Source: Nostoc sp. PCC 7120 = FACHB-418
GTDB taxonomy: Bacteria > Cyanobacteriota > Cyanobacteriia > Cyanobacteriales > Nostocaceae
Direction of reading: 5' to 3'
NCBI RefSeq assembly: GCF_000009705.1
Contig: NC_003240.1
Span: 120,001-152,000, forward strand
DNA length: 32,000 nucleotides
Under the pieces are notes generated by a model, which was not told the origin of the DNA, did no database searches, and saw only the letters and a program-made list of their open reading frames with translations. The translations under genes were made by a program, and so were the position numbers. Positions within the stretch are counted from its first letter, which is position 1. Each line of letters starts with the position of its first letter. Positions 17,672 to 24,839 of the stretch are shown in pieces.

Positions 17672-17698
17672 ACAATCAAGCTGTTCATTTATTTTTTT

Positions 17699-17738
17699 AT
17701 CAGTATATCAACGCATTAAGCTAAGTTGATGTACTGAT
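17699..17738 (+). terminator. Hairpin terminator after the MerR-family gene
   Basis: atcagtatatcaac / gttgatgtactgat form a 14-bp stem with 1 mismatch and a 12-nt loop, followed by ttcttatt. Confidence 0.5.
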
Positions 17739-17793
17739 TTCTTATTGAGAGAAATCAATTGATAAAGAAATTAGTTATTTTTAATTTTACCTA

Positions 17794-17825
17794 TTGACTC
17801 TCCCGTAAGCTGGAGAAATTAAACT
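17794..17825 (+). promoter_or_regulatory. MerR-type promoter, class A operator (degenerate), driving the CopZ-like operon
   Basis: TTGACT-CTCCCGTAAGCTGGAGAAA-TTAAACT, about 80 bp upstream of the ATG at 17907. Confidence 0.6.
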
Positions 17826-17906
17826 AATTTTAGTCGAGTAGATTAAGCGTATATCTATTCAACGATTTTCAGAAAATTAGTTATCCTCAGTAAGAAATTT
17901 AACACT

Positions 17907-18101
17907 ATGACGCTGCAACTAACAGTTCCCAAACTCGCTTGCTCTGCTTGCGCGAATACTATCACGAAAGCAATTCAATCAATTGATTCTACAGCCACAG
18001 TGCAAGCTGATCCAAAAACAAAACTTGTCAGTATAGAAACTCAAGCACCTGAGACTAAGATTAAAGAAGTAATAGCTGCTATAGGCTATCCATCTGTTTA
18101 G
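17907..18101 (+). CDS. Heavy-metal-associated (HMA) domain metallochaperone, CopZ-like
   Basis: 64 aa with a beta-alpha-beta-beta-alpha-beta length and the CxxC motif (KLACSACANTITKAI). Confidence 0.85.
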   Translation: MTLQLTVPKLACSACANTITKAIQSIDSTATVQADPKTKLVSIETQAPETKIKEVIAAIGYPSV

Positions 18102-18207
18102 GTTTTTGAGTTTATTCTACTATCAGTAGTTAGCATTGGATGAACTGCTGATAGTCAAATATTCCTTTCAGAAAAGTCCTTCTGCTTTTAGAAGAGAGGT
18201 GACTTAT

Positions 18208-18402
18208 ATGAGTTTACTTTTTCTGATTCCACTGACGATTGGTTTAGCAGTTAGTTATTTGTTTAAAAATTCTACTGATGACATAGCAGAATTAACAAGT
18301 TTATCTACAGTTGCTTGCTTAATTGTCAGTTTAATATTAGCACCTTGGCAACTAAAAGTTGTGGTTCTAATGCTTGCCATATTAACTCCCCAGACGAATT
18401 GA
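18208..18402 (+). CDS. Small two-TM membrane protein (hypothetical)
   Basis: The track ORF is 18136..18402. The internal ATG at 18208 is preceded by gaagagagg and gives MSLLFLIPLTIGLAVSYLF... with a second hydrophobic helix. No recognisable family. Confidence 0.35.
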   Translation: MSLLFLIPLTIGLAVSYLFKNSTDDIAELTSLSTVACLIVSLILAPWQLKVVVLMLAILTPQTN

Positions 18403-18445
18403 GACTTTTGAATAACTTCAATCATTAAAAAATGGAGCAAAATCA

Positions 18446-19324
18446 ATGAATAGATTTCTGAATACAATTGCTATCACTACTACTTTGATACTAATTCAAA
18501 GTTGCTCTTTATTAATTAGAGACAAAGGAAAACCAATATCTGCTGCCACAGATCAGCATGAAGAACATTCTATGGGTAATATAAATCACAGGGAACATTC
18601 AACAAGTGGCATAGGTGATGGGAAGAAAGCATTTACCCAGGCAAAACTTAAAGTCCCAAGCATTATTACCCCTAATAAAAATATTCCGATAGTAATTGGT
18701 GTTCAAGATTCGGATGGGAAAGCAGTCAAAAACTTTGATACTTTCCAAGAAAAGCTCATGCACCTCATCCTTGTCAGTGATGATCTTCAGTTTTTTAGTC
18801 ATCTTCATCCCACATATAAAGAAAATGGGCAGTTTGAAGTTGCAGCCCGTTTTCCGAAAGCAGGCAATTACACATTTTTTAGTGACTACAAACCTGCTGG
18901 TCAAACAGAACAAATCTCAGTGTTGAAAACACAAGTTCCTGGAAACAGTATTGCAGCCCCAGAAATTAACCTAAATCGCAGTAAAACGTTCAATGATATT
19001 AAAGTCAATCTTGCTGTTTCTGAACCTACTGTGAAAGCGGGTAAAGAAGTCAGCTTAATGTTGAAATTACAAGATGCTTCTAATAATCAACCGCTTACAG
19101 ACTTGCAGCCATACTTAGGAGAAAAAGGCCATTTAGTTATCCTGCGACAGTCAACCTCATTAACAGCAGCAGATTACATCCATGCTCACGCACTAAAAGA
19201 TGCTCCTGCTGGACAAGTTCATTTTATGACTAACTTTCCGCAACCAGGAAAGTATAAGCTTTGGGGTCAGTTTAATCGCAATGGCAAAATCATCACTGCT
19301 GATTTTTGGATCGATGCTGTTTAA
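18446..19324 (+). CDS. Lipoprotein with two paralogous beta-rich His-motif domains; putative periplasmic metal-binding protein of unknown family
   Basis: 292 aa. Lipobox LIQSC and a His-rich linker (HEEHSMGNINHREH). Unit 1 is HLILVSDDLQFFSHLHP...GQFEVAARFPKAGNYTFFSDYKP. Unit 2 is HLVILRQST...YIHAHAL...GQVHFMTNFPQPGKYKLWGQFN. Confidence 0.7.
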   Translation: MNRFLNTIAITTTLILIQSCSLLIRDKGKPISAATDQHEEHSMGNINHREHSTSGIGDGKKAFTQAKLKVPSIITPNKNIPIVIGVQDSDGKAVKNFDTFQEKLMHLILVSDDLQFFSHLHPTYKENGQFEVAARFPKAGNYTFFSDYKPAGQTEQISVLKTQVPGNSIAAPEINLNRSKTFNDIKVNLAVSEPTVKAGKEVSLMLKLQDASNNQPLTDLQPYLGEKGHLVILRQSTSLTAADYIHAHALKDAPAGQVHFMTNFPQPGKYKLWGQFNRNGKIITADFWIDAV

Positions 19325-19406
19325 TTTAGCTGATGTTTTATTAGTAAAACGAGAAATGCAAAACTGTTGTGTTTCTAACTTTATATGTACATAGTACCTT
19401 ATGTGA

Positions 19407-19432
19407 ATTTACCACCCATTTGGGTGGTAAAT
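19407..19432. terminator. Bidirectional hairpin between convergent genes
   Basis: atttaccaccc-attt-gggtggtaaat is a perfect 11-bp stem with a 4-nt loop. It lies between the stop at 19324 (+) and the stop at 19451 (-). Confidence 0.6.
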
Positions 19433-19450
19433 CTCTGCTTATTACTACTT

Positions 19451-19714
19451 CTAATTTAAGGGTTGACCTACACCAGCTGCTCGCAACTGTTCTAGATTTG
19501 GTTTACCAGTTAAGACAAGTCTTCCATTAATCGCAATCGCTGGTACTGCATTTACTCCATACTGCTGGGCTTTTTCTTGCTCTTGTCGCAGGTTATAAAC
19601 TGATACTTCACAATCAGGACAAGTCAGTTCTTGCACCATTTGCACCGTCTCATCACAAAGAGGACAGTCAGCTGTAAAAATCTCAATTTGACGTTTTGTC
19701 ATGATGTCTACCAA
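19451..19714 (-). CDS. Small thioredoxin-fold protein (glutaredoxin/thioredoxin-like, CPLC + CPDC)
   Basis: 87 aa: IEIFTADCPLCDETVQMVQELTCPDCEVSVYNL...AVPAIAINGRLVLTGKP. This is the typical length and layout of single-domain thioredoxin-like proteins. Confidence 0.8.
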   Translation of the reverse strand: MVDIMTKRQIEIFTADCPLCDETVQMVQELTCPDCEVSVYNLRQEQEKAQQYGVNAVPAIAINGRLVLTGKPNLEQLRAAGVGQPLN

Positions 19715-19733
19715 AAATTCTTTCTACTCATTC

Positions 19734-19765
19734 ATTCTGATGCCTCTAGTTGGCTATAGAGTCAA
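19734..19765 (-). promoter_or_regulatory. MerR-type promoter, class B operator, driving the thioredoxin-fold gene
   Basis: Minus strand: TTGACT-CTATAGCCAACTAGAGGCA-TCAGAAT (dyad CTCTAt-N6-cTAGAG). It lies about 20 bp upstream of the ATG at 19714. Confidence 0.55.
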
Positions 19766-19890
19766 CCCCATAGGTAAATATTATTTTTCAAATAACCTTT
19801 ATTAAAATTTATTGGATATATAATTCCCTAAAAGTTGCAAGCCTGCATTGCCAAGTTTTAAGCTAATATTTTTACCTACAATTATTGTAA

Positions 19891-20202
19891 TTAAACATCA
19901 ACAGGCTGCAATTCATCAAAAAAGCCCAATCTTTACAGTTTTCCCTGTCTGAAATTCAACAGGTGCTAGGCATTCGTTCCCAAGGCGACCCTGCTTGTCC
20001 CCTCGTTCGGGATTTACTCAAACAGAAAATTGCTCATCTTGAGGAGCAGATTTATCGCATGAAGCAACTGAAGGACGAGCTAGAAGCATATCAACAGCGT
20101 TGGGCAAACCGACCCTTGGATAATCCGTGTAATCAAGAGCTTTGTAGCTTGATTGAGGAAGTTGCTTGCTCTGATATGCACGTTCACAATTTACGAAGCT
20201 AG
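19891..20202 (+). pseudogene. MerR-family regulator remnant lacking the N-terminal HTH
   Basis: The track ORF starts at GTG 19963, but the frame is open from 19891 after a TAA at 19888. Translation: LNINRLQFIKKAQSLQFSLSEIQQVLGIRSQGDPACPLVRDLL...QIYRMKQLKDELEAYQQRW...PCNQELCSLIEEVACSD. This covers the MerR helix 4/5, dimerisation helix and Cys-rich metal loop. There is no room or sequence upstream for the roughly 40-aa HTH. Confidence 0.5.
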
Positions 20203-20214
20203 TAAATTGATTAC

Positions 20215-20246
20215 TTGACTCTATACCCGAATAGAGACTTTAGAAT
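20215..20246 (+). promoter_or_regulatory. MerR-type promoter, class B operator, driving the small secreted-protein gene
   Basis: TTGACT-CTATACCCGAATAGAGACT-TTAGAAT (dyad CTCTAT-N6-ATAGAG). It lies about 40 bp upstream of the ATG at 20285. Confidence 0.55.
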
Positions 20247-20284
20247 GGCCTTAGTTTCCCAGAAACTACTAATTTAACAGAATA

Positions 20285-20593
20285 ATGGAAAGTAAAAAAA
20301 TGAACATTAGTACAGGCGTTAAGATAGTATTGAGCGGAGCTGTAGCTAGTTTTGCGTTGCTTACGTTAACCCCTACTGCTTCCTTTGCAAACACATCCAG
20401 GGAAGTTGTGACTCCTAATCAATCCGTCAGGGCTATAAACGAAGCAAAACTAATCCAAGTGCTGACGAGTCAAAGAACAACGCCAACAAATCGAATGCCA
20501 CAGCAGCCAGAACAAACGGGATGTAAGTGTTGCCAAGCAATGATGAATCATAAGCCAGGAATGACGAACAACCAAGACAGCCCATCAAAATAG
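20285..20593 (+). CDS. Small secreted Cys/Met-motif protein (hypothetical)
   Basis: 102 aa with a signal-like segment (VKIVLSGAVASFALLTLTPTASFA). The C-terminal part is TGCKCCQAMMNHKPGM. An alternative start is the ATG at 20300. Confidence 0.5.
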   Translation: MESKKMNISTGVKIVLSGAVASFALLTLTPTASFANTSREVVTPNQSVRAINEAKLIQVLTSQRTTPTNRMPQQPEQTGCKCCQAMMNHKPGMTNNQDSPSK

Positions 20594-20769
20594 AGCTTGA
20601 TAAATCCCTCGGCGAGACACACATTTGAATTTGAAATGTTAAAAAAACTAAAAGTTTTTAGAGAAGTCTCGCCGAAAAATACTGATAAACTAATTCCTAA
20701 AAGCGTACTTGGCAACAGCGTAAACGTTTATCAGCAAAATAATTAGAAGTCATTTAATTATACAGAACA

Positions 20770-20797
20770 TCTCACTTGTAAAAGTGGGATTTTTTTA
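20770..20797 (+). terminator. Intrinsic terminator
   Basis: ucucacuu-guaa-aaguggga forms an 8-bp stem including one G-U pair, with a GUAA tetraloop. A U7 run follows at 20790-20796. Confidence 0.55.
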
Positions 20798-20844
20798 CTA
20801 ATGCTGACGCAGCTAAGAGTGAAAAACCTATCTAGGAGACAACT

Positions 20845-21288
20845 ATGGCTGCTAATAAATCCACTAAACTCAAAGTTACTACAATCGATGATTCGACAAT
20901 GGAGCAATTCAAAGTTGAATCATTTGATGTGCGTAAGTACAACGCCATTTTCTATTCAATTCGTGATCTTTACGGACGCGAATCACAACGGCAATTGGGA
21001 TCTGATAATTTCGACTGGAAGGCTTTTAAGACTCAGTTTGAAATTTGTTTTGGTCGTCCTGAAGATTATCGTTACACCACAGAACAATTGTTGACTTTCG
21101 CAAAACACAAATTCAACATGAGTTTGGAAGACTTGTTAGCTTATAACCGTAAATCATGGGAACTCCGCAAAAGACGAGAACAACAATATGCAGAAATGGA
21201 GCAAATTAACTCTGTAATTCAACACTTTCCAGAAATTACCAATTCTCATGTTGATTGTTCCCAAATGCTAGACCAACAGCTATACTAA
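20845..21288 (+). CDS. Hypothetical protein (plasmid backbone)
   Basis: 147 aa with a GGAGA 8 nt upstream of the ATG. No motif I can assign. Confidence 0.55.
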   Translation: MAANKSTKLKVTTIDDSTMEQFKVESFDVRKYNAIFYSIRDLYGRESQRQLGSDNFDWKAFKTQFEICFGRPEDYRYTTEQLLTFAKHKFNMSLEDLLAYNRKSWELRKRREQQYAEMEQINSVIQHFPEITNSHVDCSQMLDQQLY

Positions 21289-21381
21289 ACTTTAAAAGAG
21301 TCAGTTAAAAAGTACTGTTTTATGCAGCACCTTATTCTAACTGATTCTTTTTTTTACTAAACTGATTTTTGTCTGAACCTA

Positions 21382-22626
21382 TCAAACATTCTCGTTTACA
21401 GCAATAAAGGTACTAGGCCGCTCACAAGGAGTAAAGTTATACTTACGTTTGACTTCTTCACCTGTATTATTTGTATTACCTTCAACAGATTTAGTTAGCG
21501 GTACAACCTCAGAGCGTATGTAACCAGTCAACTTATCAAACTGAATAATCATGTGCTGGTGGAAAGCCCAAACATCCGCCATCCGATTGTCCATACCAGA
21601 AGATATTTCATCAGGTATAAAAATATTACCGTGCCAGGATACTTTAATCCCCTCTTTCTGGAAGTAAGCATCTATTTCTGGACGAATGTAATCCGCAGTT
21701 CCTCCGCAGAATACCAGTTCTTCAATGTCCTCATCCATCTTTGATCGCAACCACCTAGCGATCGCACGCCAATATTCGTCTCTAGCAAGCAATAAAGTCT
21801 TGGACATCGACTCGCCATCAAGTTGAATCTCATCGTCTTTGCGCTTGCGTGAAAGTTTCTGTATCACCAAGGGGTCACAACTAACTCCAGCTTCTACCAA
21901 CACTTGGATAACATTGGGGTTATCAGAGCTTAGTCCCGATGTCTTGGAAATAAAATTACTCACTAACCAAGACATACCAAAATTGCTGGTTATTCCTGTG
22001 CCAATTGAACCACTCCGAAAAGTGAAAATACTTGCGTTACGATAACCAAGCATCACATACATCGAAACAGGTACACGATCGCCAAGCGTTCGCCTACGGT
22101 GGAAAAATATTCCGCTACCTTCAGAAGCTGCATCATAACGAAGCATTTTCACCCGCATCTTACCTGCTGGTGTATCAAACCCCCGAAACGTATCCTTCAA
22201 CCGAACCTGTAACTGTTCCTTGTCTTGCACTTCACCCGGCGGCAGCAGGACACTCAAGTAAGCTGCAACATCATTACCCAGGTTCAACTTCTCCTTAGCC
22301 AGCCAAAATGCTCCGCAAATTTTGGGGATTGCCAATTCGTACTTTAGCTCCTTCAGTTGCGATATACCCCCAAACCGACGACGAGCAAGTTCTCCCAAGG
22401 CGAAATACTCATTGCCTATCCCTACCCAAGCACGAGATTCAGGACTACCTTCAGGTTGGACGCTTTCAACTGAGGCTTTAGCAACATCCGCTATTTCTGA
22501 GTCTAAAAGTAAAACAACTGGCTTTCCTTCTGGATACTCCTGAACGATAGCCTTGGTTTTACTTGCACCCATATCAATCGTAATTACTATCTTTTTTACG
22601 TCTATTTTCTCCTTAGTTTTGGGCAT
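21382..22626 (-). CDS. Actin-fold plasmid-segregation ATPase (ParM/StbA/Alp-like)
   Basis: 414 aa. Phosphate-1 motif VITIDMGASKTKAIV, a central VMLGYRNASIFTF (phosphate-2-like) and an adenosine motif LVFCGGTADYIRPEI. Confidence 0.8.
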   Translation of the reverse strand: MPKTKEKIDVKKIVITIDMGASKTKAIVQEYPEGKPVVLLLDSEIADVAKASVESVQPEGSPESRAWVGIGNEYFALGELARRRFGGISQLKELKYELAIPKICGAFWLAKEKLNLGNDVAAYLSVLLPPGEVQDKEQLQVRLKDTFRGFDTPAGKMRVKMLRYDAASEGSGIFFHRRRTLGDRVPVSMYVMLGYRNASIFTFRSGSIGTGITSNFGMSWLVSNFISKTSGLSSDNPNVIQVLVEAGVSCDPLVIQKLSRKRKDDEIQLDGESMSKTLLLARDEYWRAIARWLRSKMDEDIEELVFCGGTADYIRPEIDAYFQKEGIKVSWHGNIFIPDEISSGMDNRMADVWAFHQHMIIQFDKLTGYIRSEVVPLTKSVEGNTNNTGEEVKRKYNFTPCERPSTFIAVNENV

Positions 22627-22980
22627 ATCTTTATTTTTTATTAATTTTTACTATAGTTCCTAATTTAACCGAAATGGTAAATATACTGTGGTGAAAAACA
22701 CTTTCTTTACAGGGGTTAACAGGTTTTTTACATACAAAGTGCGTAGAAAAAACCATTACAGTTATGTTCATCAGTAGTGCTACAACTTTCATACTCAACT
22801 CTATTGAGTAAGGAGTCCACAGCAAATTACCAATAAACAACCAAGTCCAAATCGTTGAGGGACTAACTGAAGTCCCTCCACAGCACTAATACAAATCAAA
22901 ATTATATTTTCTAAGTAAACCAAAGTATCAAATATTTCTTTATAATCGTTGACACAAACACTTCCTAAATCATGGCTAAA

Positions 22981-23185
22981 TTACCCCAATCACACCCCAA
23001 TTATGTATCAAATAAAAGTTAAATTATTAAAACTAATTAGCCTTTTCTCTGTAATTAAAATAATGTGATTGTCATCATTAAACCCCGTATTACCTCAACT
23101 ATCCCCACAATTACCTCATTAAGAAGTCTCGCAATTGAGCAGTGTTGTGTAATGACAAGGTATGTCAAATGGGGTCAATTATACC
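22981..23185. repeat. Non-coding module A with CCCCAAT-type iteron-like motifs
   Basis: ttaccccaatca (22981-22992), caccccaattatg (22993-23005), ccccgtattacctcaactatccccacaattacctca (23082-23117), agaagtctcgcaattgagc, aaggtatgtcaaatggggtcaatt (23157-23180). Each block has a counterpart in module B. Confidence 0.45.
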
Positions 23186-23381
23186 ATTTGCTTTACAGTG
23201 AGATTTTTAATTGCAGCTTTTATAGATGAGATATATGAAGCGATTATTCTAAGCGATCGCATTCCAGGAGACATTGCCGACAGCAACAGACATGACAAGG
23301 ATAGGAATTACACAAGTATCACAAGCAAAAGCAGAGAATATGCTTTTCTCTAACACCTAATACCCATTCCTCATAATCTCC

Positions 23382-23984
23382 TCATTCCAGACGAAATCCT
23401 GCATCAACTTCTATTTCTGCCTTGACAATTGGGTCATCCTCGTCATCATTAAAGAACCCATCATCTTCAGAATCTTCTTCCAAAATATTTGATCCGGCTG
23501 GTTCTGAGGTAACAGGTAACGAGACAGGACTTGGCTCAGTGGAATCAAAAAAAGAAACCGAAGGGGAAACCAAATTAGCTGAAACAGAAGTGATTCCCAC
23601 TCCATTAGTTCCAGATGTTGGTTGTAACCCAATTGCACCCTGCGAAAAAACTCCACTATGAGGATTAACAAGAACTACTTGGGGCAACCCCTCCATCCCA
23701 AACGTCCGTTTCATCTTAATTATCTGGGCTTCAAGTTGCGCGATCGCATCATAGAGGGCTGAGTTCAATTCCATACCAGATACTCCGGCAGTCGATAGTG
23801 CAAACGGTAGGTAATACGCCCGCAGCGCCTCACATACTAGCTCAGTTTGCCCTCGCTTCTTCGACTGGAGATAGCTAATCACTATCCCATCTTCTGTATC
23901 CTTATTCCGCATGATTCGCGCCAACTCAACCGAATCAGTAGGCTTACTCGCTCTTGCCATAATATCTCTTCTATTAACGTGCAA
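23382..23984 (-). CDS. Hypothetical protein with a strongly acidic C-terminal tail; candidate DNA-binding partition adaptor or regulator
   Basis: 200 aa. A likelier start is MARASKPT (nt 23960). The N-terminal part is helical, there is a Ser/Pro/Gly-rich linker, and the tail is EEDSEDDGFFNDDEDDPIVKAEIEVD. Same strand as, and upstream of, the ParM-like gene. Confidence 0.6.
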   Translation of the reverse strand: MHVNRRDIMARASKPTDSVELARIMRNKDTEDGIVISYLQSKKRGQTELVCEALRAYYLPFALSTAGVSGMELNSALYDAIAQLEAQIIKMKRTFGMEGLPQVVLVNPHSGVFSQGAIGLQPTSGTNGVGITSVSANLVSPSVSFFDSTEPSPVSLPVTSEPAGSNILEEDSEDDGFFNDDEDDPIVKAEIEVDAGFRLE

Positions 23985-24048
23985 ACCAAACTTCTCAGTA
24001 AGCTATTTGTCAATACTCTTACCTTAACCATACGGTAGGATAACTCAC

Positions 24049-24366
24049 CCCCGTATTTACTCCTAACTACCCCAATTCACACACTAATTACCCCAATCAA
24101 TTGAAAATCAGGTCTAATTTTTGACAATGAAAATAGATTATTAACTGACAAATAAACTCAGAAGACTTGCATAATTGAGGTATTCTGAGGGCAAATTTAC
24201 CCAATTATGTCAACATTATGTCGAAGGTTAATCAGCTTGGCACAAAACTCTACAGCCTGCTCTACATATGAATTTACCTCAGTTCAATTTCACAACAGGC
24301 AATTGCTGTCGCCATACAGTCCTGTAACTAAAACAAGGTATGTTCAATAGGGTCATTGTTATTCCT
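24049..24366. repeat. Non-coding module B, paralogous to module A
   Basis: ccccgtatttactcctaactaccccaattcacaca (24049-24083), ttaccccaatca (24088-24099, identical 12-mer to 22981-22992), agaagacttgcataattgagg (24160-24180), tttacccaattatg (24196-24209), aaggtatgttcaatagggtcatt (24336-24358). Confidence 0.45.
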
Positions 24367-24619
24367 ATTCTATTGTCAATAAACTAAATTAATTGAGAAT
24401 ATACTCAACACATCATTTAGTATGTAGTTATAAATACTAAGTTTGTTTTATATTTACTGTCCATAGTTAAATGAATTGACACAAATAACACTTTTTAATA
24501 ATTATATTTACTTACATATTAACCCATGATAGTACATGGCATCCACTAGGCGATCGCAAGCTGACGACATAATCATACAATCTCTACAATCCAGAACTTG
24601 CAGCATTAACAGTAAAGTT

Positions 24620-24773
24620 TACGGCTTCAGTGCCAATGACAACAAGAACTATAAGATACTAAATTTGTATCCACATCACAAGTTACAGTACTCTCACTGA
24701 CGGCATCTTACTTCAGTGTAATTTATACCAAAAATAGCAAAAGTATTATCCGCACTTGAAGCCGTACACGGCT
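24620..24773 (+). other. Candidate oriT region
   Basis: Long-range inverted repeat tacggcttcagtgc (24620-24633) / gcacttgaagccgta (24752-24766), plus a local hairpin agccgt-ac-acggct (24760-24773). It lies immediately upstream of the MobC-like/relaxase genes. The nic site is not identifiable by eye. Confidence 0.35.
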
Positions 24774-24839
24774 GTCAGATTTCTCGCTATCCACCGATAC
24801 CGCAGTACAGTCTCCAACTATGACATTTACGCCGAAACA

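Noticed and set aside
20801-21094. 97-aa ORF overlapping 20845..21288 in another frame
   Set aside because: The 147-aa frame is longer, has a GGAGA upstream and a more protein-like composition.
22631-23353. Track ORFs 22631..22840 (-) and 23162..23353 (+) in the ParM-upstream spacer
   Set aside because: They are hydrophobic or low-complexity with no RBS. The 23162 ORF starts inside a block whose paralogue in module B (24341) opens only a 16-codon frame. That argues the conserved element is non-coding.
23411-24038. Track ORFs 23411..23671 (-), 23422..23661 (+) and 23847..24038 (+)
   Set aside because: They overlap the longer 200-aa frame in alternative or antisense frames, with Ser/Leu-rich shadow translations.
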